A stretch of DNA of 64,000 bases, from contig CANDKR010000002.1 of the NCBI GenBank assembly GCA_947385375.1, positions 76,653-140,652 on the forward strand, given 5' to 3'. A program made the position numbers and the translations under genes. Under the pieces are notes generated by a model. It was given only the letters and a program-made list of their open reading frames with translations, did not search any database and had not been told where the DNA came from. This DNA is from an uncultured Clostridia bacterium (GTDB lineage Bacteria; Bacillota; Clostridia; TANB77; CAG-508). Shown here piece by piece: positions 10,389-20,795 of the stretch; the stretch's first letter is position 1; every line of letters starts with the position of its first letter.

Positions 10389-11921
10389 TTATCTTTCATC
10401 ATGTTCCATATCTTGTGTATCATTAGAGTGCGTTATACCATTTGCTCTGTCATTAAAACTTTGAGCAAATTTAGCAGAGTCTTGTGAATATAGATATATT
10501 GCATAACTATCATCTTTTCCACTAGATGTGTAGAAAGTAGTTTTTATTGTATTTGCAAGTCCATCAGTTTCTCCAAGTGCTCTTGAAAGATCAGGATTTT
10601 GAACAGTATAACTATCTGATAATATGTATGCTGCAACACAAGCTCCTTCTGATAAAGAACTTGCATCTTTTCCTTCTGCTTCTAATATTTTTCTACCAGC
10701 TTGAACCATTTGTTGATTATACATATCTCCACCAGAACCAGTACTTTCAAGAACTTTTCCACTTCTTACAGGATTTCCTTGACCATCTACAATAGCAATG
10801 CTTCTTGAATCGTCATATTTATCTATAATACATGCTAAGCTTGAACTGTATTCAGTATAAGAAACACCAAGATCATCTAGTGCTTGTCTTAAATATGTAG
10901 GATTTGATGCAGAGTTACTTTGTGTTGAGATACGATAGATAACACCATCTTTTTCTACTTCTAATATTCTTGCATTTCTGCTAACAGAGATATTATTTTG
11001 ACCATAACCAGATAAATCGATATCTTCACCAGTATTATATTTATAAACTTCAGCAGTTTTTTTGAAGAAGTCTTCACAAGCTTCTTTATATGAATTTATA
11101 TCATTATTTATTGAAATAGGACCTGTTTGTTCAGGCTCTTCAATAGATGCAGCAATAACAGGAGGAGGAACTACTTCAGTAAAACCAGTATGTGGGTTAG
11201 TATCTCCTTGTATTGTATTAGCATCAGTCCTATTTAACATAAATCCGCCTGCAACTAATACAGCAGAAAGAGCGAGTGCAGCAGTAAGGCCTTTACCAGC
11301 ATTAACAAATCTTCCTTTTAAATCATCACCTAAACTAATAGCAGGAGCGTCTACTTGGAAAGTTTTTTCAGCATTCTCATAATATTTATCATTTGCAAGG
11401 TTATTTCTTTCTGCAAGTTCATTTGCTTGATGCTTGAAGCCTAAGCTAATAACCATAGGTGAATGATCTTTCATAAGAGATACAAAACTTTTGAAAGCCT
11501 TAGAATTTTCAGAACTATCCATAAATAGATGAAGGTCACCTAAAGAGATTTTTTCTTGAGAAAGCATCTCAGATAGAGTTTGAAAATTAGCAAGAGTTCT
11601 TTGCCTAATGGCAGTTTTTCTACAAACTCCTACATATTGTTTAGTAGCTTGGTCTTCTAATTCTGGATCGTAACCAGGTATAGGAATATTAATTAATTGT
11701 TCAGAAGTTGGTTCTTCTATATCAGGTTCACCAGCCAAAGCTAAATTCCTATTTAATTCAGAAGTTAATATTCTTCTTAAATCAGGGTTTCTTTCTATTA
11801 TTCTTTTTTGTGTTTTGACAAGTTTTGATAGTTCTTCTGTTAATTGAATAATTCTAACTTGTGAGCAAGAACGTAATAATTTCAAATTTTTTTCTAATTT
11901 TTTTCCAGGTTCTAGTTTCAT
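10389..11921 (-). CDS. Hypothetical protein with one central TM segment
   Basis: 510-aa ORF with AAAGGAG RBS; hydrophobic LTAALALSAVLVAGGFML; no family recognised. Confidence 0.8.
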   Translation of the reverse strand: MKLEPGKKLEKNLKLLRSCSQVRIIQLTEELSKLVKTQKRIIERNPDLRRILTSELNRNLALAGEPDIEEPTSEQLINIPIPGYDPELEDQATKQYVGVCRKTAIRQRTLANFQTLSEMLSQEKISLGDLHLFMDSSENSKAFKSFVSLMKDHSPMVISLGFKHQANELAERNNLANDKYYENAEKTFQVDAPAISLGDDLKGRFVNAGKGLTAALALSAVLVAGGFMLNRTDANTIQGDTNPHTGFTEVVPPPVIAASIEEPEQTGPISINNDINSYKEACEDFFKKTAEVYKYNTGEDIDLSGYGQNNISVSRNARILEVEKDGVIYRISTQSNSASNPTYLRQALDDLGVSYTEYSSSLACIIDKYDDSRSIAIVDGQGNPVRSGKVLESTGSGGDMYNQQMVQAGRKILEAEGKDASSLSEGACVAAYILSDSYTVQNPDLSRALGETDGLANTIKTTFYTSSGKDDSYAIYLYSQDSAKFAQSFNDRANGITHSNDTQDMEHDER

Positions 11922-12036
11922 AGTATCTCCTTTAATCTCTCGTAAATATACAATTTAATTATAATATATTTACTAAATAAAAGGTGATATGTTACTTAAA
12001 TGTAATGCAAAATATACAAAAATGTTACAGAACTGC

Positions 12037-12065
12037 TTGACATAATTTGAAGAAAGTAGTATCAT
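12037..12065 (+). promoter_or_regulatory. Sigma-A promoter of the thrS leader
   Basis: TTGACA-17 nt-TATCAT. Confidence 0.7.
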
Positions 12066-12075
12066 AAAAATATGA

Positions 12076-12295
12076 GCTGTGAAGAGGAAAAGTAAAATAA
12101 AGGTTACTTTTAGAGAGAATATGCCTTAGGCTGAAAGCATATTTAAGAAAACAGATTTGAAAAACTACCTTGGAGCTTCTAATTGAAAAATTAGCGTTGT
12201 AAGATTACGTTATAAATCTATTAAGAGTTAAATATTAGGGTGGAACCGTGAGATAAAACTTACCCCTATAAGCAATATGCTTATGGGGATTTTTT
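12076..12295 (+). promoter_or_regulatory. T-box riboswitch (Thr)
   Basis: AGTA, AGAGA and GCTGA stem-I motifs; specifier ACC at 12167-12169; T-box GGGTGGAACCGTG at 12238-12250; terminator hairpin with T-run; lies upstream of thrS. Confidence 0.92.
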
Positions 12296-12340
12296 GTACC
12301 TATTTGCATATAAATTTAATTTTTAAGGAGGAACATAGTT

Positions 12341-14113
12341 ATGTTTAAAATTAAGTTAGGTGGAGGAAGAACAGCAGAAGTAGAGGAGGCTATGTATTGG
12401 CATACAACTTCTCATATTATGGCACAAGCTGTTAAAAGATTATTTCCAAGTGCTAAGATTGCGATAGGACCTTCAATTGAAAATGGTTTCTATTATGATT
12501 TCGATGTAGAAAAACCTTTTTCAGAAGAAGACTTAAAAGCTATTGAAGAAGAAATGAAAAAAATTATTAAAGAAGACCATCCATTAGAAAGATTTGAGCT
12601 TCCTAGAGAAGAAGCTATAAAGTTTATGGAAGAAAGAGAAGAACCATATAAGGTAGAACTTATAAAAGATTTACCAGAAGGAGAAGTTATTTCTTTCTAT
12701 AAACAAGGTGAATTTACAGACCTTTGTAGAGGACCTCACTTACCAAGTACAGGAGCTGTTAAAGCTGTTAAATTATTAAGTTCATCAGGAGCTTATTGGA
12801 GAGGTGACGAACATAATAAAATGCTACAAAGAATTTATGGTATTTCTTTCCCTAAAGCTAGCGAAGTTGACGAATATTTAGCAAAACTTGCAGAAGCAAA
12901 AGAAAGAGATCATAGAAAAATCGGTAAAGAATTAGATTTATTTATGACACACGAGCTTGTTGGTTCAGGACTTCCAATGTTCTTACCAAAGGGTGCAACA
13001 GTTAGAAGATTACTTGAAAGATATATTCAAGATAAAGAAATTAGTATGGGATATAATCATGTTTATACACCATCACTTGCAAATGTTGCTTTATATAAAA
13101 CTAGTGGACACTGGATGCACTATAAAGATGATATGTTTCCAGTAATGAAAATGGGTGAAGAAGAAATCGTTTTAAGACCAATGAACTGCCCACATCACAT
13201 GTTAATTTATAGAAACAAAATGCACTCATATAGAGAATTACCAATAAGAATTGGAGAGCTAGCACATGACTTTAGATATGAAGATAGTGGAAGTGTTTGT
13301 GGTTTAGAGAGAGTTCGTGAGATGTGTCAAAACGATGCTCACCTTTTCGTAACACCAGATCAAATAAAGCAAGAATTCAAAAATGTTGTTGATTTAATTT
13401 TGTCAGTATATAAAGATTTCGGTTTTGAAAATTATTCATTCAGATTATCTTTAAGAGATAAAAACAATAAAGAAAAATATTTTGATGATGATGAGATGTG
13501 GGAAAATGCAGAAAGTCAGTTAAGAGAAATTCTAACAGAAACAGGGCTTGATTTCTATGAAGCAGAAGGCGAAGCAGCTTTTTATGGTCCAAAACTAGAT
13601 GTACAAATTAAAACAGCTTTAGGACATGATGTAACAGTTTCTACTTGCCAATTAGATTTCTTATTACCACAAAGATTTGAGCTAGAGTATATTGGAGAAG
13701 ATGGTGAAAAACACAGACCAGTAGTTATCCATAGAGCTATCTTAGGTACATTTGATAGATTTTTAGCTTTCTTAGTAGAAGAAACAAAAGGAGCTTTCCC
13801 AACTTGGCTTGCACCAGTTCAAGTAAAAGTTTTACCAATTACAGATAATCAAAAAGATTATGCAAAATCAGTTGTAGAAAGACTTAAGAAAGAAGGCGTA
13901 AGAGTAGAACTTGATGATAGACAAGAAAAAATAGGTTATAAAATCCGTGAAGCACAACTTCAAAAAACTCCATATATGTTAATTATAGGAGAAAAAGAAG
14001 TAGAAAATTCAGCTGTAGGTGTACGTACAAGAAAAGAAGGCGATGTAGGACAAATGGCATTAGAAAACTTTGTTGCTAAAATTAAAGAAGAAATAAATAC
14101 TTATGCAAGATAA
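12341..14113 (+). CDS. thrS: Threonine--tRNA ligase (short N-terminus)
   Basis: [41 protein letters not shown]. Confidence 0.98.
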   Translation: MFKIKLGGGRTAEVEEAMYWHTTSHIMAQAVKRLFPSAKIAIGPSIENGFYYDFDVEKPFSEEDLKAIEEEMKKIIKEDHPLERFELPREEAIKFMEEREEPYKVELIKDLPEGEVISFYKQGEFTDLCRGPHLPSTGAVKAVKLLSSSGAYWRGDEHNKMLQRIYGISFPKASEVDEYLAKLAEAKERDHRKIGKELDLFMTHELVGSGLPMFLPKGATVRRLLERYIQDKEISMGYNHVYTPSLANVALYKTSGHWMHYKDDMFPVMKMGEEEIVLRPMNCPHHMLIYRNKMHSYRELPIRIGELAHDFRYEDSGSVCGLERVREMCQNDAHLFVTPDQIKQEFKNVVDLILSVYKDFGFENYSFRLSLRDKNNKEKYFDDDEMWENAESQLREILTETGLDFYEAEGEAAFYGPKLDVQIKTALGHDVTVSTCQLDFLLPQRFELEYIGEDGEKHRPVVIHRAILGTFDRFLAFLVEETKGAFPTWLAPVQVKVLPITDNQKDYAKSVVERLKKEGVRVELDDRQEKIGYKIREAQLQKTPYMLIIGEKEVENSAVGVRTRKEGDVGQMALENFVAKIKEEINTYAR

Positions 14114-14125
14114 ATACTAGATTTT

Positions 14126-14165
14126 AAAGCTAATTCATAATATTTTTTATGAGTTAGCTTTTTTT
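14126..14165 (+). terminator. Intrinsic terminator
   Basis: aaagctaattcataa/ttatgagttagcttt hairpin followed by a T-run. Confidence 0.75.
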
Positions 14166-14238
14166 AGTTGATAAAAAAATTTAGGTGTGATATACTTTGC
14201 TTGTGAATTTTTGTCACTATAGGATAGGAGGAGAAAAA

Positions 14239-16791
14239 ATGGCAACTGCGAAGAAAGCAAATAATGGAGATTTAACAACAAAATTAGATTTTTTAGGCTT
14301 AGATTTAGAAGAGATACCAGAATATCTAAGAGACTTTAGCCCATTAAATTTTAATACATCAAGACTTAACAATGATAAAGACCATAGGGTATATCGTTAT
14401 GTTCCTATTGATAAAATTGAAATTCTATTTACTCCTTGCCTAAGAAGTGATGATATTAAGAAAAAATACTCTGAAGCTGTGCCACTTGGAAAATTCTTTG
14501 GTACAGAAGGTGACGAAGAAGATATTGAAAGATATACAACTTTCTTAAGAGTTATCAATTCAATGTCTATTGCAGATATTGAGAATATGTCTTTATTACA
14601 AAAATCACTTGAAAAAACAGAACCTTTTAAGATTAAATATAACAAAGATTATTTATGGCAGATATATTATGCACCTAGTACAAATAATTACTTTATGCTA
14701 GTTTGTACTAAAGAAGAGACTTTTTCAGAATTTTTATATCTATTAAAGAAGAAAATAGAATTCTATGAAAGTGGCTCAAAGGTTGCACCATCAATTTTCG
14801 TTCCAATTAACTATATAAATTATAGTGAGGAATATTTAAACAGAGACGAAATAGGAAATATAGAAAGCTATTTATGGCTTTTCACAAAGAATTGGCCATT
14901 GATATTTGAAGTATATAACAAGCAAAATGAGATGTCACTTCAAATTGTTGGCGATACTTATGTATATAATAATGTAAAAAGTACATATAAAATGAAACTT
15001 ACAAACAAGGAAGAGGCTTTGAAGTTCTATAAACTACTAAAAGCTTTATTCATCTTGCAAACAGAGATTAAAGGTAGATTTGTATTTGAGACACAAATTG
15101 ATAGTAAAAACGGTTTAGAGTTTTATTTTGAAAATATAAGAGTTACTTATGAAACTTTAGAGGACTTTATCAAGTTACAACACAAGCTTGCAAGAAAAGC
15201 TATTGGGGAAATGAAAGAAAATTGTCAAAAACTTGAAGAAAAGTTAGATAAATTAAAAGAGAAAGCTAAGAAAAAAGAAGAAGAATATTTAGAAAAGCAA
15301 AAAGAAATTTCTACATATTTAGAATATAAAAAGACTTTCTTCGGGAAAGTAAAATATTTCTTTAAATCTTCTAATAAAAAAGGTAAAAAACCAGTACAAG
15401 AGGAAGAAGTAAAAGAAAAGAAAACCTCTAAGACTATCGAGATTGAGCCTGCAATGTATAAAATTGATGAAAAACAATTCTATACTATTGAGGATTTAGT
15501 AGTTGCTTATTCTGTTAAAGAAAGAGCTGATAAAAAGCAAAAAGATTTAGAACAAGATACTAAGGCTTTAGAGTTAAAATATGAAAACTTAAAGAGCAAA
15601 GTAAGAAACGCAGAGCTATATATTGAAGAAATTGATAAACATAAAAAGAGTATATTTGAATTTTGGAAATTTGCCAATAAAGACGAAAAACTTAGCCTAG
15701 AGATGGGAAATGAAAATGATAAGAAAAAGGAAAATGGAAATATCAAAAAAGCCTTTGACTTTGAAATGGATTTTGAAACTATGGGTGTAGCTGTTGATAG
15801 AATGCAAAGAGTTAAATTCTCTAAAGAAGAAACAGACAGTTTATATATAGCAAATACAGAACTTATTGAGATTATCAATTTACTTCGTTCAGGTAAAATG
15901 GATAAGCAAAAAATGGAAGCTGCTCTTACATATTTAAAAGCAGAGTTCAATAAGAATAGATTATATATGGAAAGCGAAGATTATGACATTTTCGGTAACA
16001 TAGATAATGATAATAGGAAAATAAAATACATAGGCAGTAGAAGCCATAGAGAAAACGAAAAGAGCAAGTTTAGAATACTTAATATAAATAAGAAGATTGA
16101 TGTTTTTGATTTTACTGAAAAACTATTAAGCATTGTTTCATACTTAGAAGGTGCTATTCCTAAAATGACTTCAAAATATGAAATGCCATTATATAAGGTT
16201 GTACCTATAACAGATAATATCCATGAAGAAGATTTTTCAATATTTGATATAAATGTTGAAAGTGAGCTTCAAAATTATCAAGACTCAGGCGAAGGGGCAG
16301 TAAACCTTATAAAATTAAATTTCAAAGAGAATATGCCATTATTATATTATTCAAATATAATTTTCTATGATAATGCAAACCAAACTTTGCCAGAGGGAAT
16401 GGATTTATCTTCAAATGTATTGGTTGATTGTAAGAAGTTCGACTTTTCTTTGGTAAACCAAACTAAGTTTAGAACAAATAACTATTTTAATGAGCAAAAT
16501 AATTTGATATTACCAAAATCAAAAGATATTTTAGTGTATGAATATGATGTTACAATAAAGACTGAGGATAAAAAGAAGTCTAAAAAAGAAGAGCCAAAAG
16601 AGAAACCTGTAAAAAAAGAAGCTCAAGAAATTTTTGAAGAAGAAATTTCAGAAGAGTTAATAGAAGAGGTTAAGCCAAAAAGAAAACCATCTAAAAAATT
16701 AGAGGAAGATGTAGATCCTATTGAAGAAGTTAAGCCAAAGAAAAGAAAGAGGACTTTGAAAATGAAAGTCGAGGAGGAAGATGATGAGTAG
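14239..16791 (+). CDS. Hypothetical coiled-coil protein, about 850 aa
   Basis: ATG after GGAGGAG; central K/E-rich heptads; charged tail; overlaps the deoB start. Confidence 0.85.
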   Translation: MATAKKANNGDLTTKLDFLGLDLEEIPEYLRDFSPLNFNTSRLNNDKDHRVYRYVPIDKIEILFTPCLRSDDIKKKYSEAVPLGKFFGTEGDEEDIERYTTFLRVINSMSIADIENMSLLQKSLEKTEPFKIKYNKDYLWQIYYAPSTNNYFMLVCTKEETFSEFLYLLKKKIEFYESGSKVAPSIFVPINYINYSEEYLNRDEIGNIESYLWLFTKNWPLIFEVYNKQNEMSLQIVGDTYVYNNVKSTYKMKLTNKEEALKFYKLLKALFILQTEIKGRFVFETQIDSKNGLEFYFENIRVTYETLEDFIKLQHKLARKAIGEMKENCQKLEEKLDKLKEKAKKKEEEYLEKQKEISTYLEYKKTFFGKVKYFFKSSNKKGKKPVQEEEVKEKKTSKTIEIEPAMYKIDEKQFYTIEDLVVAYSVKERADKKQKDLEQDTKALELKYENLKSKVRNAELYIEEIDKHKKSIFEFWKFANKDEKLSLEMGNENDKKKENGNIKKAFDFEMDFETMGVAVDRMQRVKFSKEETDSLYIANTELIEIINLLRSGKMDKQKMEAALTYLKAEFNKNRLYMESEDYDIFGNIDNDNRKIKYIGSRSHRENEKSKFRILNINKKIDVFDFTEKLLSIVSYLEGAIPKMTSKYEMPLYKVVPITDNIHEEDFSIFDINVESELQNYQDSGEGAVNLIKLNFKENMPLLYYSNIIFYDNANQTLPEGMDLSSNVLVDCKKFDFSLVNQTKFRTNNYFNEQNNLILPKSKDILVYEYDVTIKTEDKKKSKKEEPKEKPVKKEAQEIFEEEISEELIEEVKPKRKPSKKLEEDVDPIEEVKPKKRKRTLKMKVEEEDDE

Positions 16792-17959
16792 AGTTAACAT
16801 TATTGTTTTAGATAGCTTTGGAGTAGGAGAGTTACCAGATGCAAACGTTTATGGTGATGTAGGAAGTGATACTTTAGGTGCTATTTATAAAGCAACTACT
16901 TTAAACATACCTAATATGAAAAAACTAGGTTTATATAATATAACTGGTGTTTCAATTCCAGAAAAAGAAGACCATTGTATAGGAAGTTTTGGAAAGGCAG
17001 CAGAAAAATCACAAGGTAAAAATAGTCCAGTAGGACACTGGGAAATGTCAGGATATGTAAAAGAAGTAGGATTTACTACATACCCAAATGCTTTTCCACA
17101 GGAGCTTTTAGATGAAATAGCTAAAAGAGCAAATTTGCCAGGATTTTGTTGTAACAAAGTTGGTTCAGGAACAGCACTATTAAAAGAATATGGAGAAGAA
17201 ATAATTGGTACTGGTAAACCAATGGTGTATACTTCAGCAGATAGCGTTTTCCAAATTGCAGCACATGAAGATTATATATCAGTAGATAGATTATATGAAA
17301 TATGCAATATTTCAAGAGAAGTTATTGATGAAAAGGGATATAATATCGGAACAGTTATAGCTAGACCTTTTGTTGGAGATAATCCTGAAAACTTCAAAAG
17401 AACATATAACAGGAAAGATTTTGAAGCTACTGATTTTGGAAGAACAATGCTTGATGTGTTTACAGACAATGGAAAGAAAGTCTTAGCAATTGGTAAGATA
17501 GAAGACTTGTTTTCAGGAAGAGGTATTACAAGAGCAATACATACAAACGGAAATACAGATGGAATTGCGAAGAATATAGAAGCTTTAAAATCAGCAGAAG
17601 AGGACCTTATATTTATTAATTTAGTTGATTATGATATGCTTTATGGACATAGAAATGACCCGGTAGGATATGCTAGGGCTTTAGAAGAATTTGATGGTAA
17701 GCTTCCTGAAATAATGAGTTTACTTAGAGATGATGACATACTTATAATTACCGCAGATCATGGCTGTGACCCAGTTACACCATCAACAGACCATTCAAGA
17801 GAGTATATACCAATTTTAATATATGGAAAAAACATCAAAGAAAATGTTAACATAGGTATACGTGATACTTATGCAGATATTTCTGCTACAATACTTGATA
17901 TATATGGCTTTGAAAAATTGCCTTATGGAACAAGTTTTAAAGATATGATAATAAAATAA
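16784..17959 (+). CDS. deoB: Phosphopentomutase
   Basis: IVLDSFGVG, GHWEM, YTSADSVFQIAAHE, VIARPF, YGHRND, TADHGCDP, DHSREY. Confidence 0.97.
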   Translation: MSRVNIIVLDSFGVGELPDANVYGDVGSDTLGAIYKATTLNIPNMKKLGLYNITGVSIPEKEDHCIGSFGKAAEKSQGKNSPVGHWEMSGYVKEVGFTTYPNAFPQELLDEIAKRANLPGFCCNKVGSGTALLKEYGEEIIGTGKPMVYTSADSVFQIAAHEDYISVDRLYEICNISREVIDEKGYNIGTVIARPFVGDNPENFKRTYNRKDFEATDFGRTMLDVFTDNGKKVLAIGKIEDLFSGRGITRAIHTNGNTDGIAKNIEALKSAEEDLIFINLVDYDMLYGHRNDPVGYARALEEFDGKLPEIMSLLRDDDILIITADHGCDPVTPSTDHSREYIPILIYGKNIKENVNIGIRDTYADISATILDIYGFEKLPYGTSFKDMIIK

Positions 17960-17983
17960 AATCCGTTATAAAACGGATTTTTT
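17958..17983. terminator. Bidirectional terminator
   Basis: aaaatccgtt-ataa-aacggatttt between convergent genes. Confidence 0.75.
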
Positions 17984-18860
17984 ATATTCTAATCAAATTT
18001 TGTATATCTTGTGGTAAGGGTGCTTCTAAAGTTAAAGATTTTTTAGTGATTGGGTGTATGAAAGTTACTTTTTGAGCATGCAAAGCTTGGCGTGAAATTA
18101 AGTCAGAAGCAGTACCATATAAAGTGTCACCTAAGATAGAGTGACCTATGTACTTGCTATGTACTCGTAACTGATGTGTACGCCCAGTTTCTAAAGTGTA
18201 TTTAACGGCACAATAATTTTCAAAATTTTTAATAAGTTCAAAATGAGAGATTGCGGTTTCGCCATCTTCTGAAATTTCTCTTTCCATAATGCTTCCAGCT
18301 TTTCTTGATATTGGCGCATTTATTGTTCCTTTAGTTTTGTTTAAATTTCCATCTAAAATAGCAATATATTCTTTCTTAAAAGTATTATTTTTCATTTGTC
18401 TTACAAGCATTTCTTGTATATACTCATGCTTTGCAAATATAACAATACCAGAAGTGTCTTTATCTAATCTGTTTACAGGTCTTATTTTCTTATTTAAACC
18501 TATTGAATTAAAATAATATTTTACTCCGTTTGACAAGCTATTTTCATAGTGATTACAAGAAGGGTGTACAGGGATACCAGCAGGTTTGTTTATAACTAAA
18601 AAGTAATCATCTTTAAAAATTATGTTTAAATCCATTTTAGTTGGAACGATATTATCAGAAGCTTCATCAAAATTCATATCAAGTTTAATAACATCTCCAA
18701 TTTTTACTTTTTCTGTAACATAAACAGGTTTTCCATTTAAAAAGATACGTTTTTCTCTTTTTAATTTAACAAGTAATCTATCTGAAATTTGAAATTGTGA
18801 TTTTATTATTTCTTTTACATTAAAAAATTGATTGTCTTTTACTTTAAACTCTAATTCCAT
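17982..18860 (-). CDS. RluA/RluD family pseudouridine synthase
   Basis: INKPAG, NRLDKDTSG, TGRTHQLRVH, GDTLYG, RQALHA. Confidence 0.95.
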   Translation of the reverse strand: MELEFKVKDNQFFNVKEIIKSQFQISDRLLVKLKREKRIFLNGKPVYVTEKVKIGDVIKLDMNFDEASDNIVPTKMDLNIIFKDDYFLVINKPAGIPVHPSCNHYENSLSNGVKYYFNSIGLNKKIRPVNRLDKDTSGIVIFAKHEYIQEMLVRQMKNNTFKKEYIAILDGNLNKTKGTINAPISRKAGSIMEREISEDGETAISHFELIKNFENYCAVKYTLETGRTHQLRVHSKYIGHSILGDTLYGTASDLISRQALHAQKVTFIHPITKKSLTLEAPLPQDIQNLIRI

Positions 18861-19105
18861 ATATAATATTTTCCTTTAATTTTTATATACTGTATTGTAA
18901 CACATATTTACCTAAAAAAGCAAAAAAGAAAAATAATGTTATAAAAAATAAAAAAGAAGTAGTAAAAAAATATTTTGTATGATAAAATATATACATAATA
19001 AAAATGACAGAAATAATAGAAAAAACTAGAAAAATTGCTTGATTTTTGGACTTAGATGTTATATAATATCAAGAATATATAAATTATTAAAGGAGGGATT
19101 ATCAA

Positions 19106-20614
19106 ATGGCTAAAATTATAGGAGATGTATCAAGAACATTTAGTGAGTTTTTACTATTACCAAACTTAACAGATGAAAGATGTATACCTAGCAATGTTAG
19201 TTTAAAAACACCATTAGTAAAATTTAGAAAAGGAGAAGAACCAAAATATACTGCGAACGTTCCTTTCGTTTCTGCAATAATGCAAGCTGTTTCAGGAGAA
19301 CAAATGGCAATCGCACTTGCACGTGAAGGTGGATGTTCTTTTATTTTTGGTTCACAATCAATTGAGTCACAAGCTCAAATGGTTAAGAATGTAAAAAGAC
19401 ATAAAGCAGGTTTTATAGACAGTGATTCAAATGTAAAAAGTGGAACACCACTTCGTGATGTAATTGCAATGATTGAAAAAACAGGACATTCAACAGTAAC
19501 AATTACAGAAGATGGTAGTGCAAATGGAAAATTTTTAGGCTTAGTTACAGATAAGGATTATAGAATTTCAAGAGCTGATTTAGATGCACCAATAGATACT
19601 TTTATGAGACCTATTAATGAAGTTGTTTGTGCTAGAAAAGGAATAAGTTTAACAGAAGCAAATGATATGATTTGGGAACATAAAATCAGTTGTTTACCAG
19701 TATTAGACGAAAATGATAACTTAGAGCATTTAGTATTTAGAAAAGACTATGAAGATAAGAAAAATAATCCCGAATCTTTATTAGACGAGAATAAAAGATA
19801 TGTTGTAGGTGCAGGTATCAACACAAGAGATTATGAAGAAAGAATTCCAGCATTAGTTGAAGCTGGAGTTGATATGGTTTGTATGGACTCTTCAGATGGA
19901 TATTCTGTATGGCAAAAAAACACTATTGATTGGGTACGTGCTCATTATGGTGATAGTGTAAAAATAGGAGCTGGAAATGTTGTTGATAAAGAAGGGTTCT
20001 ATTATTTAGCAGAAGCTGGAGCTGATTTCATTAAAGTTGGTGTTGGTGGAGGTTCAATTTGTATCACTCGTGAGACAAAAGGTATTGGACGTGGACAAGC
20101 TAGCGCTTTAATGGATGTTATTGAAGCAAGAAACGAATATTATGAAAGAACAGGAATATATATCCCAGTATGTTCTGATGGTGGTATCGTACACGATTAT
20201 CATATTACTCTATCATTAGCAATGGGAGCAGATTTTGTTATGATGGGTAGATATTTTGCTAGATTTGACGAAAGCCCTACAAAAGTTGTTAAGAGAAATG
20301 GTACTTTCGTAAAAGAATATTGGGGCGAAGGTTCAAATAGAGCTAGAAACTGGCAAAGATATGATTTAGGAGAGAACAAAAATAAATTAAGCTTTGAAGA
20401 AGGTGTTGACTCATACATACCTTATGCAGGACCTTTAAAAGATAACTTAGCAGTTACAGTAAGTAAAATAAAATCTACAATGTGCAATTGTGGTGCTGTA
20501 ACAATACCAGAGTTACAAGAAAAAGCAAGACTTACACTTGTATCTAGTGTTAGTATTAAAGAGGGCGGAGCTCATGATGTTATGCTTAAAGATATTGAAA
20601 GCTCAAATCATTAG
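19106..20614 (+). CDS. guaB: IMP dehydrogenase with CBS pair
   Basis: [44 protein letters not shown]. Confidence 0.96.
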   Translation: MAKIIGDVSRTFSEFLLLPNLTDERCIPSNVSLKTPLVKFRKGEEPKYTANVPFVSAIMQAVSGEQMAIALAREGGCSFIFGSQSIESQAQMVKNVKRHKAGFIDSDSNVKSGTPLRDVIAMIEKTGHSTVTITEDGSANGKFLGLVTDKDYRISRADLDAPIDTFMRPINEVVCARKGISLTEANDMIWEHKISCLPVLDENDNLEHLVFRKDYEDKKNNPESLLDENKRYVVGAGINTRDYEERIPALVEAGVDMVCMDSSDGYSVWQKNTIDWVRAHYGDSVKIGAGNVVDKEGFYYLAEAGADFIKVGVGGGSICITRETKGIGRGQASALMDVIEARNEYYERTGIYIPVCSDGGIVHDYHITLSLAMGADFVMMGRYFARFDESPTKVVKRNGTFVKEYWGEGSNRARNWQRYDLGENKNKLSFEEGVDSYIPYAGPLKDNLAVTVSKIKSTMCNCGAVTIPELQEKARLTLVSSVSIKEGGAHDVMLKDIESSNH

Positions 20615-20621
20615 TAAAATC

Positions 20622-20743
20622 GTTTGAAAAATGAGCGTCGTCTTGGTTCGTTGCTACTCATTCAAAAACGAATCAACGCACCTTAGTACGCCTCATCGTT
20701 ATTTGAATTCGTGCGCCTGCCAATACTCGCTTCTTTTTCAAAC
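20622..20743. repeat. 122-nt palindromic structured repeat, copy 2
   Basis: Homologous to 1867-1988; terminal inverted repeat gtttgaaaaa/tttttcaaac. Confidence 0.85.
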
Positions 20744-20795
20744 TTAGAATATAGCTGTAATAAAATATAAAATAAACCTTAGAAGGAAGGTATTT

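Noticed and set aside
16660-16745. IEEVKPK duplicated in the tail of the large hypothetical protein
   Set aside because: Short low-complexity peptide repeat with no sign of an independent element.
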